64,000 nt of DNA from Candidatus Dojkabacteria bacterium. Lineage in GTDB: Bacteria; Patescibacteriota; Dojkabacteria; B142; JAFGMG01. The notes under the pieces were generated by a model. That model was not told the DNA's origin, ran no database searches, and worked only from the letters and a program-made list of their open reading frames with translations. Below, in pieces: positions 29,065-39,488 of this stretch. The stretch spans positions 115,599-179,598 of the forward strand of contig JAFGMG010000001.1 of the NCBI GenBank assembly GCA_016927655.1, in the 5' to 3' direction. The stretch's first letter is position 1, and the number at the start of each line of letters is the position of its first letter. A program made the translations under genes and the position numbers.

Positions 29065-29633
29065 CTGTAGCCAAGATACCCCCCTGTAAGAACTAATGCT
29101 CCAAGGCCGAGGTAAAGAAGAACCAGGACAATCTGATGCATCAGCTTTGCGTTTTTGTATTCTTCTGATTGAGGAATTATTTCTTTACTGTCATTGAATT
29201 GCAGCTCGATTTTGTCTGATGAGACATAATTTACGTCTGCTTTGACTGCCGTTGCGACTACTTCGATCTCTCTTGTGCCGGCATAGGTTGCGACTAAACG
29301 CTTTTGGACTGTAGTTGTCTGGCCGGCACTTACTGTTGGTCTTGAATATCTTGATTCCGTGCTATCCGCAAATTTAATTCCTGATGGTAATTTCCATTCA
29401 ACAACGACCCGGTCAGAATCTATTCCAGAGTTGATTTCTGCTATAAGATAGAATTCTTTTGAACTCGGGCTCTGACTTGCATAGGACAAAACTACATCAA
29501 GATTCTCGGAGTCATCTACTTGTTCCAGATCCTGCATCTGATCGAGGGTTGTCTCCTCGTCCTGCGCAAAAGCGAGAGTAGGCAGTGAGAATAATGATAA
29601 AAGCATAAGTATAATAACCAAACCTTTCATCAA
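29040..29633 (-). CDS. Hypothetical exported protein with C-terminal TM anchor
   Basis: Signal peptide ending AFA; beta-rich core; C-terminal TM plus basic tail. Confidence 0.65.
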   Translation of the reverse strand: MMKGLVIILMLLSLFSLPTLAFAQDEETTLDQMQDLEQVDDSENLDVVLSYASQSPSSKEFYLIAEINSGIDSDRVVVEWKLPSGIKFADSTESRYSRPTVSAGQTTTVQKRLVATYAGTREIEVVATAVKADVNYVSSDKIELQFNDSKEIIPQSEEYKNAKLMHQIVLVLLYLGLGALVLTGGYLGYRWIKSIRS

Positions 29634-29734
29634 CCAGCCGGAGTAATAACTATTGATAGTATATTAGCAGATATGTATTTGGAATTCCAAAACAAATAAA
29701 ATTTCTCCACTGTTTCTGCAAATAATCCCAAATG

Positions 29735-31156
29735 TTATTCGAGAATCTCTCCCAGCAGCTCCTTCACCACCAGCGGATCGGCCTGTCCTTTGGTTTCTTT
29801 CATTACCTGGCCGAGTAAGAATTGAGCTGCGTTTGGGTTCTTTTTATAATCATCTACAATTTTTGGATTTGCATCGATTACTTTTTTCACCACTTCTTCA
29901 AGTTCATCACTGTTTTCAATCACTGTCATACTATATTCTTCAACAATATCAATCGGAGATTTTCCGGTTTCAAAGACCTTCGTGAGAACTTCTTTAGCAA
30001 TTGCAGATTTGATTTTACCCTCGTTAAGCAACGAAACAAGTTCTATTAAATGCTCAGGCTTTACTTTCGAATCTTCAAGTTTGACACCATGCGCTTTTGT
30101 CAATCTCCTCAGATCCCCAACCAGCCATTTAGTGGCCTCAACAATCAATTCGTTATTTCCCTTTGCCATTTCATCAAAAAATGCAAGAAGAGATCTATTG
30201 GCAACTAAAACCTCAACAGTGTCAGGATCAAGTTTATATTCGTCCACATAGCGCCATTTTTTCTCTTGAGGAAGCTCCGGAATTTCAGCCTTAATTTTCT
30301 CGATAAGTCCCGAATCAAAAACCATTTTTGGAATGTCCGGCTCGGGAAAATACCTATAATCAGCACTGGTTTCTTTCGTTCTTTGTGAAAGGGTCTCCCC
30401 TGTCATATCCTTAAGACCCCTGGTCTCCTGAGTTAATTTCTCACCCTTTTCCAGAAGTCCTGACTGCCTTTTGATTTCAAATTCAATCACCCTTTTTAGA
30501 ACCGAAATAGAGCCAATATTTTTCACCTCAATTTTGTAATCCGGCAATTCATTTGCATGCTGTGAAAGGCTTATATTTAATTCAAATCTCATCTGGCCTT
30601 TTTCCATATCAGCATCACTTATTCCGCAATATCTGACAATCTGCCTCAGCCTTTTTGCAAAAGCCTCAACCTCTTCGCTTGAAGTAAAATCCGGCTCAGT
30701 TACAATCTCAAGAAGAGGGACACCGGATTTATTGAAATCAAGAAGAGTTTTGTCACCTTGATGTAGAGACTTGCCCGTGTCTTCCTCCGCGTGAACTCTA
30801 GTGATTCTAAATCTTTTTGCATCTCTATCTACATCAGCTTCTACAAATCCGCCCCTGCCGATTGGCTCGTCGTATTGTGATATCTGATAACCTTTTGGAA
30901 GATCAGGATAGAAATAATTTTTACGGTCGAATTTCGATTCTTCTGAAATAGTGCAATTTAGAGCTAGAGCGAGCTTAATGCACTTTTCGATAGCTTCTCT
31001 ATTTGGCACAGGAAGCGCACCTGGCAGTCCAAGGCAAACTGGACATGTATGAGTATTCGGCTTGCTGCCAAAATATGCAGCGTCGCATCCGCAGAACATT
31101 TTTGATTTTGTTTTTGGCTGGAGATGAATCTCCAGCCCTATTATTGGTTGGTACAT
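29735..31156 (-). CDS. gatB: Asp/Glu-tRNA amidotransferase subunit B
   Basis: IGLEIH, CPVCLGLPGALP, FDRKNYFYPDLPKGYQISQ, YRYFPEPD. Confidence 0.98.
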   Translation of the reverse strand: MYQPIIGLEIHLQPKTKSKMFCGCDAAYFGSKPNTHTCPVCLGLPGALPVPNREAIEKCIKLALALNCTISEESKFDRKNYFYPDLPKGYQISQYDEPIGRGGFVEADVDRDAKRFRITRVHAEEDTGKSLHQGDKTLLDFNKSGVPLLEIVTEPDFTSSEEVEAFAKRLRQIVRYCGISDADMEKGQMRFELNISLSQHANELPDYKIEVKNIGSISVLKRVIEFEIKRQSGLLEKGEKLTQETRGLKDMTGETLSQRTKETSADYRYFPEPDIPKMVFDSGLIEKIKAEIPELPQEKKWRYVDEYKLDPDTVEVLVANRSLLAFFDEMAKGNNELIVEATKWLVGDLRRLTKAHGVKLEDSKVKPEHLIELVSLLNEGKIKSAIAKEVLTKVFETGKSPIDIVEEYSMTVIENSDELEEVVKKVIDANPKIVDDYKKNPNAAQFLLGQVMKETKGQADPLVVKELLGEILE

Positions 31157-31716
31157 TATTTAGTTTTCTTTTTATAACTTTCAGGATTGACATTAAACCC
31201 TAGTTCTTCTTTTGGTGTTTCTTCCTGAATTATTAATCTATTTAACGTTTCATAAACTTCCTTTAATTGCTCGGTATGATCCTTTTGATGTTTTTTGAGC
31301 CCATCCTCGAGCTCTTTAATTTTCTCAAAAATAATTTCATTGGTCTGGACTAAGTATCGCAACTTTGCAAAAGCCCGAACAATCGCGATGTTCATCTTGA
31401 TTGCTCGGTTCGATCTTAGCACACTGGCAAGCATTGCTACCCCAAGCTCTGTAAACACGAATGGAGTATAGCGCCTACCACCATACTCTTCCAGACTTGA
31501 GGTCGCAATTTGCGACCTCAAGTCTGAGAATTCTTTCTGAGTAAGCCTAAACATAAAATCATTCGAGAATCTTTCCTTATTCCTGGAAACCTGTTCATTC
31601 AGTCTTTTGGTAGCTACCCTCCTATACAACTCAGCCACATCAGAGTCCAAAATCACTTTTTGATCTCTTATCCAGAAAATCTTTCGTATTACTTTTTCTT
31701 CTGCAACTATGTCCAT
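31156..31716 (-). CDS. ORF6N-domain DNA-binding protein
   Basis: IRDQKVILDSDVAELY, LNEQVSRNKERF..DFMFRLT, GGRRYTPFVFTELGVAMLASVLRS, IVRAF. Confidence 0.9.
   Translation of the reverse strand: MDIVAEEKVIRKIFWIRDQKVILDSDVAELYRRVATKRLNEQVSRNKERFSNDFMFRLTQKEFSDLRSQIATSSLEEYGGRRYTPFVFTELGVAMLASVLRSNRAIKMNIAIVRAFAKLRYLVQTNEIIFEKIKELEDGLKKHQKDHTEQLKEVYETLNRLIIQEETPKEELGFNVNPESYKKKTK
31492..31526. repeat. Perfect 35-bp palindrome inside the ORF6N coding sequence
   Basis: CAGACTTGAGGTCGCAA-T-TTGCGACCTCAAGTCTG (17-bp arms, 1-nt centre). Confidence 0.95.
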
Positions 31717-31815
31717 AATCCCATCATACAGATCAAAGATGAAAAAACTATGGGAAGATCCTTGTGATTTAATGGAAATCTATGAATTTTTAAAGAGCTA
31801 AATTCCGCCGCTTAT

Positions 31816-33231
31816 CTACTCGCTCAAAATCTCCCAAATTCTCCCAAGTTTCAAAACTCCCAATTCATCCTTCTGTTTCCCGAAAATCTGCATACCGGTT
31901 GGCAGCCCCTTACTATCAAATCCTACTGGCACGCTCAAACAGGGCAGACCGGCTAATGCGCTTGGCTCAGCCAGTTCATCCATCAATTCTCCAAATATCG
32001 GACTTTTTGCAGCATCACCGATTTTTGTCGCATTCATTGGCATGGTAGGGCCTATTATCAAATCAACCTCTTGAAAGACTTGTTTAAAATCTTCGATGAT
32101 TAATGTGCGGACTTGCTGAGCCCTTTTGTAATAAGCATCATAATATCCAGCAGAAAGCGTATAAGCCCCGGTCATACTTCTTTGCTTTGCTTCATTGCCA
32201 AAGCCTTCCTGGCGATTGTATGCTATTTGATCTAGAAAAGTTTCCGCTTGCTCACTAGATCTATGCCCATATCTGATTCCATCGATTCTAGCTAAGTTTG
32301 ACGAGATTTCACTTCTGGAAATGACAGTATAAACAGCAAGCGCATACTTTTGATCAAAAAGGGCTATTTCTTTGACATCAGCACCATTCTTCTTCAGTAA
32401 ATCTATCGCTTCTTGAACTTTATTCCGGACTTCAGAATCAATTCGCTCGTCCATAAAATTCTTTGGGACACCCAATTTCAGCCCCCCCAAGTCTTCAAGT
32501 TTAAAGGAATTTATGGCTTCGACCAGTTTCATTGCTGGTTCATCAATTGATGTAGCGTCTTTCGGATCATGACCCGACAGGATTTCAGTAAGTATCGCAA
32601 TATCTTCAATAGAATTTGCCAAAATCCCGGGACGATCCAGAGACGACCCCATAGCAATCAAACCATAACGGCTGAATCTGCCATAAGTCGGGGCAAAACC
32701 ATACACGCCGCACCATGCAGCCGGACCCCTTACTGATCCTGCTGTCTCAGAACCAATCGAATAAACACTCATTCCAGTAGCAACAGCCGCAGCAGCACCG
32801 CCGCTTGAACCGCCGGCTACATGTTTTTTATTATAAGGATTGAGAGTTGTAAAAAAATCAGATTTCTCTGTGCTGCTCCCATGTGCAAACGCGTCCATGT
32901 TGGTTTTGCCCATGAAAAATGCACCTGCAGCCAGCAATCTTTCAGTAACAGTCGCATTATAAGGGGAAGTATAATTTTTCAAAATATTCGAACTGGCTGT
33001 AGTTTTAGTTCCTTTCCAGTTAAAATTATCCTTAAGAGATGCAGGTATCCCCGCTAGCTGCCTATCTCCAGACTGCTGAGCTTTCTCATCAGTTCTGCTT
33101 ACAAAAACATGCAATTTTGGATCGAGTTCCTCGATTGTTTTCCTAGTTTCAGAAATTAATTCTTCATAGGAATATTTCCCGCTATCTATGTCTTTTTTTA
33201 TTTGTGTGATGGTTAATCCTTTGAGATTCAT
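31816..33231 (-). CDS. gatA: Asp/Glu-tRNA amidotransferase subunit A
   Basis: KDN, GKTNMDAFAHGSSTE, GGSSGG, GSETAGSVRGPA, NLARIDGIRYG, LSAGYYDAYY. Confidence 0.97.
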   Translation of the reverse strand: MNLKGLTITQIKKDIDSGKYSYEELISETRKTIEELDPKLHVFVSRTDEKAQQSGDRQLAGIPASLKDNFNWKGTKTTASSNILKNYTSPYNATVTERLLAAGAFFMGKTNMDAFAHGSSTEKSDFFTTLNPYNKKHVAGGSSGGAAAAVATGMSVYSIGSETAGSVRGPAAWCGVYGFAPTYGRFSRYGLIAMGSSLDRPGILANSIEDIAILTEILSGHDPKDATSIDEPAMKLVEAINSFKLEDLGGLKLGVPKNFMDERIDSEVRNKVQEAIDLLKKNGADVKEIALFDQKYALAVYTVISRSEISSNLARIDGIRYGHRSSEQAETFLDQIAYNRQEGFGNEAKQRSMTGAYTLSAGYYDAYYKRAQQVRTLIIEDFKQVFQEVDLIIGPTMPMNATKIGDAAKSPIFGELMDELAEPSALAGLPCLSVPVGFDSKGLPTGMQIFGKQKDELGVLKLGRIWEILSE

Positions 33232-33345
33232 GATATGAGTTTATCAAGATTGACAGAATTATTCCAGAATTTGTTATTTGACGGGCTCTATAAAAAACTT
33301 TAAACTATCTTTATATTCTTTTGTCCAAGAAAAGAAGTTCTGCCC

Positions 33346-35532
33346 ATGGTAATTGATAATACAAAACTAAAGCAAATTCTTGCCAAATACAAAGTTGCAA
33401 GCGAGAAGCAGATACAAGGCGCTCTAAAAGAGGCTCAAAAAACTGGCAACGGGGTTGATCAGGTACTAATCGAAAAGAAGATTCTTACGAAAGATGATAT
33501 CGCCGAGGCAATAGCTAAAGAGTATGAAGTTCCCTATACCAATCTTTCAAAAAATACCCCCTCAGAAGAACAGCTTCTAAAAATCCCGGTAAGTGTTGCA
33601 AAGCAGTATTATGTCGTTCTTATCTCAGATTCTCCCCAAAAAGCCGTCTTTGCGACCGATGATCCGACTCAGGAAGGCTTAAAGGCAAAATTAAAAGAAG
33701 TTTATAAAGACCAAGAAATTGTTTTGACATATTCACTACCTCAAGATATCGAAAAAGTACTAGAAAGTCTTACCGAAGCAGGAAAGCCGGTGGATACGGA
33801 TAAAGCAGGAACAAAGAACCGGGGATTTTTTCAGAGATTATTCAAAGGGACAAAAGCAGATAAAGGGAAAATCAAATCCAAGAAGAAAGTAGAATCAATC
33901 GAGATTAATAATGAGAAATTAAAAGAGATCTTACAAAAGGGTAAATATGTCGGAGAAAGCGAACTCGCAAAAGCTTTTATAGAATCTGAAGAAACAGACC
34001 AGCCATTATCGCAAAGGCTTATAGAATTGGGGCTGATCTCTAAAGATATAATCGGCCAGGCAATTGCGGAAGAATTTAAGGTCCCATACGCTGATCTCAA
34101 TACAAACCCGCCTGGAACCCAGCAAATCCTGAGAATTCCAAAAGAAATCGCAACAACACTTTATACAATCCTGTATAAAGAAGATACCAATACGGTCACT
34201 GTAGCAACAGATAATCCTTCTCAGCCAAATCTGAAGCAAAAACTTAGAGATATATTCCCGAATAAAAGCATTGTTATAAATTATTCATTAAGCAGTGACA
34301 TTGAAAGGCTGCTGATAAATTACAGAGAGGATCTTACCAAGAGATTAAAAGACGCACAGGAAAAAGGAGACAGACCGGCAATTACGATGTTAAAAGACAT
34401 TATGGATGAGGCAATCACTTTGAAAGCCTCCGATATCCATCTAGAACCAGAAGACGATTATGTTGTAATTCGTTTCAGAATTGACGGCGTTATGCAGGAA
34501 TTTGGGAAACTTGAGTATTCCTTCTTCCCAAATATTTTAAACAGAATAAAAATCTTGAGTAAATTGAGAATTGACGAACATCTTAAATCACAAGATGGGT
34601 CAATGTCATTTGGAGAAGAAGAAAAAGAGGTAAACATCCGCGTATCTATAGTACCGACATTAAACGGAGAAAAGGTCGTAATGAGGCTTCTTGCTAAATA
34701 TGTCGAAGGATTTGCCTTGAGTGATATTGGACTGGGCAGTGCAAATGAAGAAATCTTAACTAGGGCCTCCAAGAAACCATTTGGAATGCTTTTAGTAACC
34801 GGGCCAACCGGCAGCGGAAAAACAACAACCCTCTATTCTGTCTTGAAACTTCTAAATAAGCGCGATGTAAATATTACTACCATCGAAGACCCGGTTGAGT
34901 ACAGAATCAAAGGAGTCAACCAGATTCAGGTAAATACAGAAACGGGTCTGACATTTGCAAAAGGCCTTAGATCAATTGTCAGACAGGATCCAGATATTAT
35001 ACTAGTAGGAGAAATCCGGGATGAGGAAACTGCAGAAATCAGCGTAAACGCTGCTCTTACCGGACATCTTATGCTTTCGACTTTTCACGCGAATGACGCT
35101 GCCACAGCAATCCCAAGACTACTTGATATGAATATTGAATCATTTCTGCTTTCCTCAACTCTGGAAGTCGTAATCGCGCAAAGACTTATCAGGAAGATCT
35201 GCAATAAATGCAAAACCAGCTATGAAATGTCCGCAACCGAAGTTAAAAATCACCCAGGACTTGGCAAAGGGAAGATGACTCTATATAAAGGTACAGGCTG
35301 TTCTGCCTGCAACAACTCCGGCTACCTAGGAAGAACCGCAATATTCGAGATCATCGAGGTCAATAAAGAAATGAAAGACCTTATTCTGACAAATCCATCA
35401 AGTCAGGAGGTTTGGGAACTTGCTAAAAAACAGGGCAGCAAGAGTCTCTATGAGGATGGAATAGAAAAGATCAAAGCCGGGATCACAACTATCGAGGAGT
35501 TAAGCAGAGTCGCATCTCCTAGCGAACTTTAA
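33346..35532 (+). CDS. PilB/GspE assembly ATPase with duplicated N-terminal (MshEN-like) region
   Basis: ASDIHLEP, GPTGSGKTTT, TIEDPVE, RQDPDIILVGEIRD, TGHL, CxxC...CxxC. Confidence 0.95.
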   Translation: MVIDNTKLKQILAKYKVASEKQIQGALKEAQKTGNGVDQVLIEKKILTKDDIAEAIAKEYEVPYTNLSKNTPSEEQLLKIPVSVAKQYYVVLISDSPQKAVFATDDPTQEGLKAKLKEVYKDQEIVLTYSLPQDIEKVLESLTEAGKPVDTDKAGTKNRGFFQRLFKGTKADKGKIKSKKKVESIEINNEKLKEILQKGKYVGESELAKAFIESEETDQPLSQRLIELGLISKDIIGQAIAEEFKVPYADLNTNPPGTQQILRIPKEIATTLYTILYKEDTNTVTVATDNPSQPNLKQKLRDIFPNKSIVINYSLSSDIERLLINYREDLTKRLKDAQEKGDRPAITMLKDIMDEAITLKASDIHLEPEDDYVVIRFRIDGVMQEFGKLEYSFFPNILNRIKILSKLRIDEHLKSQDGSMSFGEEEKEVNIRVSIVPTLNGEKVVMRLLAKYVEGFALSDIGLGSANEEILTRASKKPFGMLLVTGPTGSGKTTTLYSVLKLLNKRDVNITTIEDPVEYRIKGVNQIQVNTETGLTFAKGLRSIVRQDPDIILVGEIRDEETAEISVNAALTGHLMLSTFHANDAATAIPRLLDMNIESFLLSSTLEVVIAQRLIRKICNKCKTSYEMSATEVKNHPGLGKGKMTLYKGTGCSACNNSGYLGRTAIFEIIEVNKEMKDLILTNPSSQEVWELAKKQGSKSLYEDGIEKIKAGITTIEELSRVASPSEL

Positions 35533-35542
35533 AAATCAAGAT

Positions 35543-36637
35543 ATGAATTTTGGGAAAATCCTTCGACAAATCAATATAAGATTAAATCTCAATCCTGGCG
35601 ACAAGAAATATTTTCTCGAGAGCCTTGCCCTGCTTGTAGGCAGTGGCATAGGAATCGCCGACGCACTGGATTCCATACGCCATGAAGTCAAATCCAGCGC
35701 CATGAGAATGCTAATCGACGAAATGGTGCATGATATTGATGGCGGGTCAAATCTAGCAGAGGCACTTGATAAGGCAAGTCTTTTCCCTTCATATGTAATA
35801 AATCTAATCAAAATCGGAGAGGAATCCGGGAATTTATCGACAAATTTAAAAGTGATAGTCGACAGGCAGGAAAAAGAAAGCGACTTCAGATCAAAGACAA
35901 TGACAGCATTCCTTTATCCAAGTCTAATATTATCTCTGACGTTTGGACTTGCAGTTTTTGTCACCTGGTTCGTGCTGCCGCGACTGACAAATATCTTTAA
36001 CAGCCTTGATATTGACCCGCCGCTGTTAACCAGAATTTTCATCCAAATCGGTGAATTTCTGGATACCAGCGGAGATGTGGCTGTGCCTATATTTGTAGCA
36101 GCTGTGGTCTCTTTAGTTTTTTTTCTATTTGGCTTCAGCAAGACAAAATTTATAGGTGAAGAATTACTTCTTAGATTTCCAGGTGTAAATACATTGATTG
36201 TTGAAACTGAAATTTCAAGATTTGCTTTTGTATTAGGTACTCTTCTTGAAGCTGGTTTGCCAATTGAAGATGCTCTCCGCTCTTTGGCCGATATAAAAAC
36301 TACACGCAGATTTTCAAGATTTTATAGGAAGCTGGCATCTGATATTCCAAAAGGCGATTCTTTTTCGCAAAGCTTCGCTTCAATAAAGGGTCTGAATAGA
36401 ATTTTTCCGCGCCCGATTCAACAAATGATAATATCTGCAGAAAAATCTGCTGAATTACCCGGAATTCTTCTCAAACTCGGAGAGATATATGAAAAACGAC
36501 TTGAAAATACCACCAAAAATCTTGCTGTTATGCTTGAGCCGATTCTATTAGTTATTGTTTGGCTAGGGGTGCTTCTGCTTGCCGTTGCAATTATTTTGCC
36601 TATTTATTCTCTTGTCGGGAACTTTAATGCGAGATAA
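35543..36637 (+). CDS. PilC/GspF platform protein
   Basis: LVGSGIGIADAL, GEESGNL, YPSLIL, EPILL; three TMs. Confidence 0.93.
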   Translation: MNFGKILRQINIRLNLNPGDKKYFLESLALLVGSGIGIADALDSIRHEVKSSAMRMLIDEMVHDIDGGSNLAEALDKASLFPSYVINLIKIGEESGNLSTNLKVIVDRQEKESDFRSKTMTAFLYPSLILSLTFGLAVFVTWFVLPRLTNIFNSLDIDPPLLTRIFIQIGEFLDTSGDVAVPIFVAAVVSLVFFLFGFSKTKFIGEELLLRFPGVNTLIVETEISRFAFVLGTLLEAGLPIEDALRSLADIKTTRRFSRFYRKLASDIPKGDSFSQSFASIKGLNRIFPRPIQQMIISAEKSAELPGILLKLGEIYEKRLENTTKNLAVMLEPILLVIVWLGVLLLAVAIILPIYSLVGNFNAR

Positions 36638-36640
36638 TGT

Positions 36641-37090
36641 ATGAAAATATGGAAACAAAACAACAACAAAGGGTTCAGTCTATTGGAAGTACTGCTAGTT
36701 GTAGCACTGATAGGAATTGTAGCCGGTTTTTCTGCTGTTGTTTACACGGATTTTCAAACCCGTAATGAACTTGACCTGACCACTCAAAAAATCGCCCAAA
36801 GTCTTAGAACTGCCCAGCTCAATTCTCAAACAATGAAAAATGATTCTACATGGGGAGTCTATATTGCAAGTAATGAGATCACAGTTTTTGAGGGACCGGA
36901 CTATGCAGGAAGAAACGTTGATTCTGACTTTATTCAGACATTTTCGACTAGTATCTCCCATACCGGACTGGATGAAATCGTATTTAGCAAATACTACGGA
37001 GTACCAGATACAACTGGAGCAATTAATCTTGCGACAACTAATAATAGCAGTCAATTAACATTAAATGAAAAAGGTACCCTGGATTATTAA
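36641..37090 (+). CDS. Minor type IV pilin
   Basis: Class III signal KG/FSLLEVLLVV. Confidence 0.88.
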   Translation: MKIWKQNNNKGFSLLEVLLVVALIGIVAGFSAVVYTDFQTRNELDLTTQKIAQSLRTAQLNSQTMKNDSTWGVYIASNEITVFEGPDYAGRNVDSDFIQTFSTSISHTGLDEIVFSKYYGVPDTTGAINLATTNNSSQLTLNEKGTLDY

Positions 37091-38480
37091 AACTAAAAAA
37101 ACGACCGCAGCATTTTCACTTGTAGAGGTGCTTTTAGCTATTGCAATGCTTGCAATTATTACAACAGCAGTATTCGGGGCAGTTTTCTATGCTCAGGAAT
37201 CAAGTGTGGTAGTCACAAATAGAAATAGAGCCCTTTATCTGGCCGAAGAGGGATTGAATGCAGCCCAGGCAATTAGAGATGATGATTTTGCGAATCTGAT
37301 TGATGGAACGTATGGTTTATCCAGCGGATCAAATCAGTGGATATTTAACGGATCTTCTGATACTGTTGATATTTTCACTAGAGAGATAGAAATTTCAACA
37401 GTAGATGCTACTACAAAGCAGATCCTCTCAAGGATCACGTGGACCCAAAATGCCGGAAGAGAAGGACAAATAGAATTAGTTACGTATTTATCCGATATTT
37501 ATATTAGCGAAATAATTGAGCCACTAGTGAGCTGGGCTATACCAAACATCGCTCTGAATATGGATCTGCCCGGTAATGATAATGGGATAAAAATTCAAAT
37601 TATTGGAAATTATGCCTATATTTTAAGAGGCAGTGGTAATTATGAATTTTCCATTTATGATATTTCCAATCCACTTGCACCTTCGTTAGTCGGCAACACA
37701 GCGACAACGGGAACACCTACGAATTTTTTCGTCGTGGGTAATTATGCTTATGTGACTTCTACTGACAACACACAGGAACTTCAAATCTACGATATCACGA
37801 CACCGGCTACTCCTACGTTTGTGAGCTCGGTCAATCTCAATGGCAATGGTAATGCACAAAGCGTGTATGTTGAAGGAACTTATGCATATGTTGGCAGGGT
37901 AAAAAACAACCGGGATGAATTTGAAGTTGTAAATTTAGCTACTATCGCCAGCCCGACAATATCTGATACACTCGAAATTGGGGAAGGTGTAAATTCCATT
38001 AGAAAATCCGGGAACAATTTATTTATCGGGACAACTCGCAGTACCAGCGAGCTTCAAGTCGTCAATGTTACTAATCCAGCAGATGTCAGCGTCAGCTATA
38101 TTTATGACTTGCCGGGAAATGACTTGGTAAATGATCTGGAGCTTGTTGACAATAATTTATTTACAGCAACAAATGCCGGATATGTTTATGTTCTTGATGT
38201 AACCAACCCCGCCTCATTCACTATAACTGGAACTTATGACGCCGGGGGATCAGTAACCGGAATCAGTGTTGATTCTATAAATGAGTATTTATTCTTAGCA
38301 TCAAGTCTTCATGACTATGAATTTCAAGTTATAGATATCAGCAATTTATCAGCCCCCGCCCTTTTTGGATCAGCAATATATGCTACGCTAAATGACGTTG
38401 CCTATGAAAGTGTTTCAAATAAAACTCTAGGAGTTGGCGATGCAAATGCATCAGAATTGGTAGTCTTTGAACCACAGTAA
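37065..38480 (+). CDS. Minor pilin fused to an LVIVD-repeat beta-propeller
   Basis: A/FSLVEVLLAI; repeats GNYAYV...IYDISNP, IYDITTP, VVNVTNP, VLDVTNP, VIDISN. Confidence 0.85.
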   Translation: MKKVPWIIKTKKTTAAFSLVEVLLAIAMLAIITTAVFGAVFYAQESSVVVTNRNRALYLAEEGLNAAQAIRDDDFANLIDGTYGLSSGSNQWIFNGSSDTVDIFTREIEISTVDATTKQILSRITWTQNAGREGQIELVTYLSDIYISEIIEPLVSWAIPNIALNMDLPGNDNGIKIQIIGNYAYILRGSGNYEFSIYDISNPLAPSLVGNTATTGTPTNFFVVGNYAYVTSTDNTQELQIYDITTPATPTFVSSVNLNGNGNAQSVYVEGTYAYVGRVKNNRDEFEVVNLATIASPTISDTLEIGEGVNSIRKSGNNLFIGTTRSTSELQVVNVTNPADVSVSYIYDLPGNDLVNDLELVDNNLFTATNAGYVYVLDVTNPASFTITGTYDAGGSVTGISVDSINEYLFLASSLHDYEFQVIDISNLSAPALFGSAIYATLNDVAYESVSNKTLGVGDANASELVVFEPQ

Positions 38481-38489
38481 ATAGTATAT

Positions 38490-39026
38490 ATGAAGAAATA
38501 CTTATTGAATAAAAACGGAATGACATTATTGGAAATACTGCTCTATTTGAGCCTGGCCTCAGTTGTGCTGCTTTCAGTTTCTGTATTTATTACTTCAATA
38601 TTTCGAGCAAGGATCAAAAATGAGGCGGTAGTCCTAGTCAACGAAGAAGCTGCGCAAATTATATCCCAACTCCAAATCGAGATTTCCGAGGCCGATACAA
38701 TAAATCAACCTGCAGAAGGAGCAGCAGCAGCAAGCATAGAGTTTCAAGTAACCGGAGACCCAGTAGAAACAATTGATCTGCAATCACAGCAGATAATCTA
38801 CACTTTGACAGGAAATCTAGGGATCGCTTTGAATTCAACCAAAACAAACGTCACAAATATCAATTTTACAAGAATGAACACAGTTAGTGATAACGAGAGC
38901 ATAAAAGTAGAGTTTAGTATTGAGCGGGATAACTCAAGCGGTTTGCAGGAATACGAATTCTCAAAAACTTTTTATACAACAATAAATATTCCAAGAAAAA
39001 CAGGTGAGACAGAAACATACTTATAA
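38490..39026 (+). CDS. Minor type IV pilin
   Basis: NG/MTLLEILLY. Confidence 0.85.
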   Translation: MKKYLLNKNGMTLLEILLYLSLASVVLLSVSVFITSIFRARIKNEAVVLVNEEAAQIISQLQIEISEADTINQPAEGAAAASIEFQVTGDPVETIDLQSQQIIYTLTGNLGIALNSTKTNVTNINFTRMNTVSDNESIKVEFSIERDNSSGLQEYEFSKTFYTTINIPRKTGETETYL

Positions 39027-39417
39027 ACAAAACAAAAAAGGCTATGTGACTCTAATGAGTGTTCTGATTTTGAGTGTAATTGCTTTGAGCATTTCAGTCA
39101 CACTGCTTGCCATGGGAATAACAGCCACACAAAACAGCTTAAGCTTAGAAGATGGCAGTAAAGCCAGTGCATTCGCTGATGCCTGTATGGAAAAGGCATT
39201 AGACAGTATTCGGGCAGACAATCTTTATACCGGGACAGTTCCGCTTACATTTACTGATGGAGAGTGCAGCGCAGTTGTGACAGATATTGCAGGAAACAAC
39301 AAAAGGATCGAATCGATCGGAACAGCAGACAATGCAACTCAAAGATTAGAACTTGAGACAACACAGGTTTATCCGCAGCTTATTATTGATTTTAGAAAAA
39401 ATACCGAAGATTTCTAG
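39004..39417 (+). CDS. PilX/GspK-like minor pilin (no Glu5)
   Basis: KKG/YVTLMSVLIL; A..ADACME.AL. Confidence 0.75.
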   Translation: MRQKHTYKQNKKGYVTLMSVLILSVIALSISVTLLAMGITATQNSLSLEDGSKASAFADACMEKALDSIRADNLYTGTVPLTFTDGECSAVVTDIAGNNKRIESIGTADNATQRLELETTQVYPQLIIDFRKNTEDF

Positions 39418-39488
39418 CTTTTTACAAATAGCTCTTTACTTCTTTTATGTTTTTATTTACAATAGTTTTCATATTAACTGCTCATTAA

